Positions 62,237 through 64,000 of a DNA stretch of 64,000 nt are shown in pieces; position 1 is the stretch's first letter; every line of letters begins with the position of its first letter. Source of the stretch: Coniocarpon cinnabarinum (lineage: Eukaryota). The DNA lies in the NCBI GenBank assembly GCA_051942205.1, contig JAVECO010000125.1:1-64000 (forward strand), in the 5' to 3' direction. Both the position numbers and the translations under genes were made by a program. The notes beneath the pieces are model-generated. The model was not told the origin of the DNA and made no database searches. It saw nothing but the letters and a program-made list of their open reading frames with translations.

Positions 62237-64000
62237 ATGACCCTTAACACTAACTCTCCCGTTCCCCGACCTGATTACTTCTCTCCTATACACTCACCTA
62301 CCGAGACGACAGAGCATGATTCTCTGATCCGATCCGTATCGCCGCCGCCACCTCCTCCTCGACACCCATCTCCGCCACTTCCGCCTGAACCGCCCCCTCC
62401 GCCGCCTCCTCCGCACGACTACGAACATCAAAATGGTCATCCACGCCCGCCGACATTCAAACATCCAAAGCCTCCTAATGAGCGCCGCCAGTCCTCTTTT
62501 GCCCAGCCTCGACAGACTCCCCGAACAAACAATCGCGTTCGATTTGATGTTGACGAGCCGCGCCATCAGTCGCTGACGATTGATCCTGCATCGCTACCAA
62601 ATGGGCATGCTCGTAACATCTCTACGGAGAGTGGGGCATCGCATGGATCGCATGGCTCACATGGAAGCATCAGCTTCCTCGAAGACTTCGACCCGCTTCA
62701 CAGGCATGCTGACACTGAGGAAGACGATGAAGATAGCTTTCATGCTGATGGTTACATGGATCATGGAGGACAAAGATTGCCGCTGCTGACGAACATCGAG
62801 GCACCGAGTGTGACGCTTGCGACCGATGAAGGCTGGCAGAGCGACGGAGACTGGCGCCCAGAGAACTTGTTGGAGAGTGCGAGACCGAAGAGTGGGGTAT
62901 GGAATTCCTTCATGAACATGGCTAATAGTATTATGTGAGTCCGGGCAGACTTAACGGCGGTGCAGGTCGACGATTGGGCCAGTAGACTGACCAAAGAATC
63001 TACAGCGGAGCTGGTATTATTGGTCAACCTTACGCACTGAGGCAGGCAGGACTGATAGCTGGGGTCGTGCTACTCATCGGGCTTACTGGCATTGTCGACT
63101 GGACGATACGTCTGATTGTGATCAATTCAAAACTCAGTGGAGCCAATTCCTTTCAATCGACTATGCAAAAGTGCTTTGGCAGGTCCGGTCTTATTGCTAT
63201 TTCACTGGCGCAGTGGTTATTGTGCGCTTACCTGTCCTGAGTTCCCATCCAGATAATTTGCTAACATTTATACAGTGCATTTGGAGGCATGGTTGCATTC
63301 TGCGTAATTGTTGGGTAAGATTTGCCTCAGAAGCTGGTAACACCTGTGCTTACGTGATTGAACAGCGACACAATTCCAGCAGTCGTATCGACATTTTTCC
63401 CTTCTTTTAGAAGCTCGAGTGTCTTATGGATCTTCACAGACCGCCGAGCCGTTATCCTACTGGTAATTTTGGGCGTCTCATTTCCTCTGTCCCTTTACCG
63501 AGACATATCGAAGGTAATCCCGGACCTTAAATCGTTTTACATATGGTTGCTGACAGCTTCGAAGCTCGCAAAAGCATCAACAATGGCATTACTTAGCATG
63601 CTAATAATCATAATCACCGTAATAACTCAGGGAGCTCAGGTTCCGCCTGAAGCCAAGGGGCCCATCAAAGGATCTCTATTCGTTAATGACGGCATTTTCC
63701 AAGCTATCTGCGTGATCTCCTTCGGTAATTTGATTCTCCTTCCCAATCAAAGTCACGTCCTTATTAGCATTTCCACTGATCCAGGGCTCTAGCATTTGTT
63801 TGCCACCATAACTCTCTTTTGATCTATGGATCCCTCCGCAAACCGACTCTCGACCGCTTTGCCCGCGTCACCCACTACAGTACTGTCATCTCCATGCTCG
63901 CCTGCCTGGCCATGGCGCTCGCTGGTTTCCTCACTTTCGGCAGCAGAACTGACGGAAACGTACTCAACAATTTTCCCACTCCAGCCGACATGCCCGCCAG
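62237..64000 (+). CDS. Amino acid transporter, Aa_trans family (Avt2-like), multi-exon, 3'-truncated
   Basis: SFMNMANSI|IGAGIIGQPYALRQAG, VDWTIRLIVINSKLSG, ISF|AFVCHHNSLLIYGSL, GNVLNNFP. Confidence 0.92.

Overview
Gene-dense eukaryotic DNA from a filamentous ascomycete (Pezizomycotina-type): short GT..CTRAC..AG introns, about 30 protein genes, and no rRNA, tRNA, intact transposon or CRISPR/cas that I can support. Most of the window is conserved housekeeping genes (GUK1, IGO1, SFM1, RUD3, SKI8, CDC10, MRPL32, RQC1, ALG11, palA/RIM20, CRZ1, etc.). Two regions are not ordinary. (1) A ~10 kb accessory island (14.3-24.4 kb) holds two tandem BTB/Zn-ribbon genes and a head-to-head pair of 8-exon, microexon-containing paralogs that the ORF track breaks into fragments. 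Both paralogs start with a 17-nt exon building an MC-x4-CxxC...C...HxxC motif, carry P[WYF]G..G.P motifs and end in an RS-rich tail; a 72-73 bp triple repeat follows. (2) A ~1.2 kb degenerate tandem array of ~140-165 bp units at 50.8-52.0 kb has no long ORF. Also notable is a Cys-less peroxiredoxin-Q-like protein. All exon models were derived by hand, and family calls come from motif recognition, not database searches.
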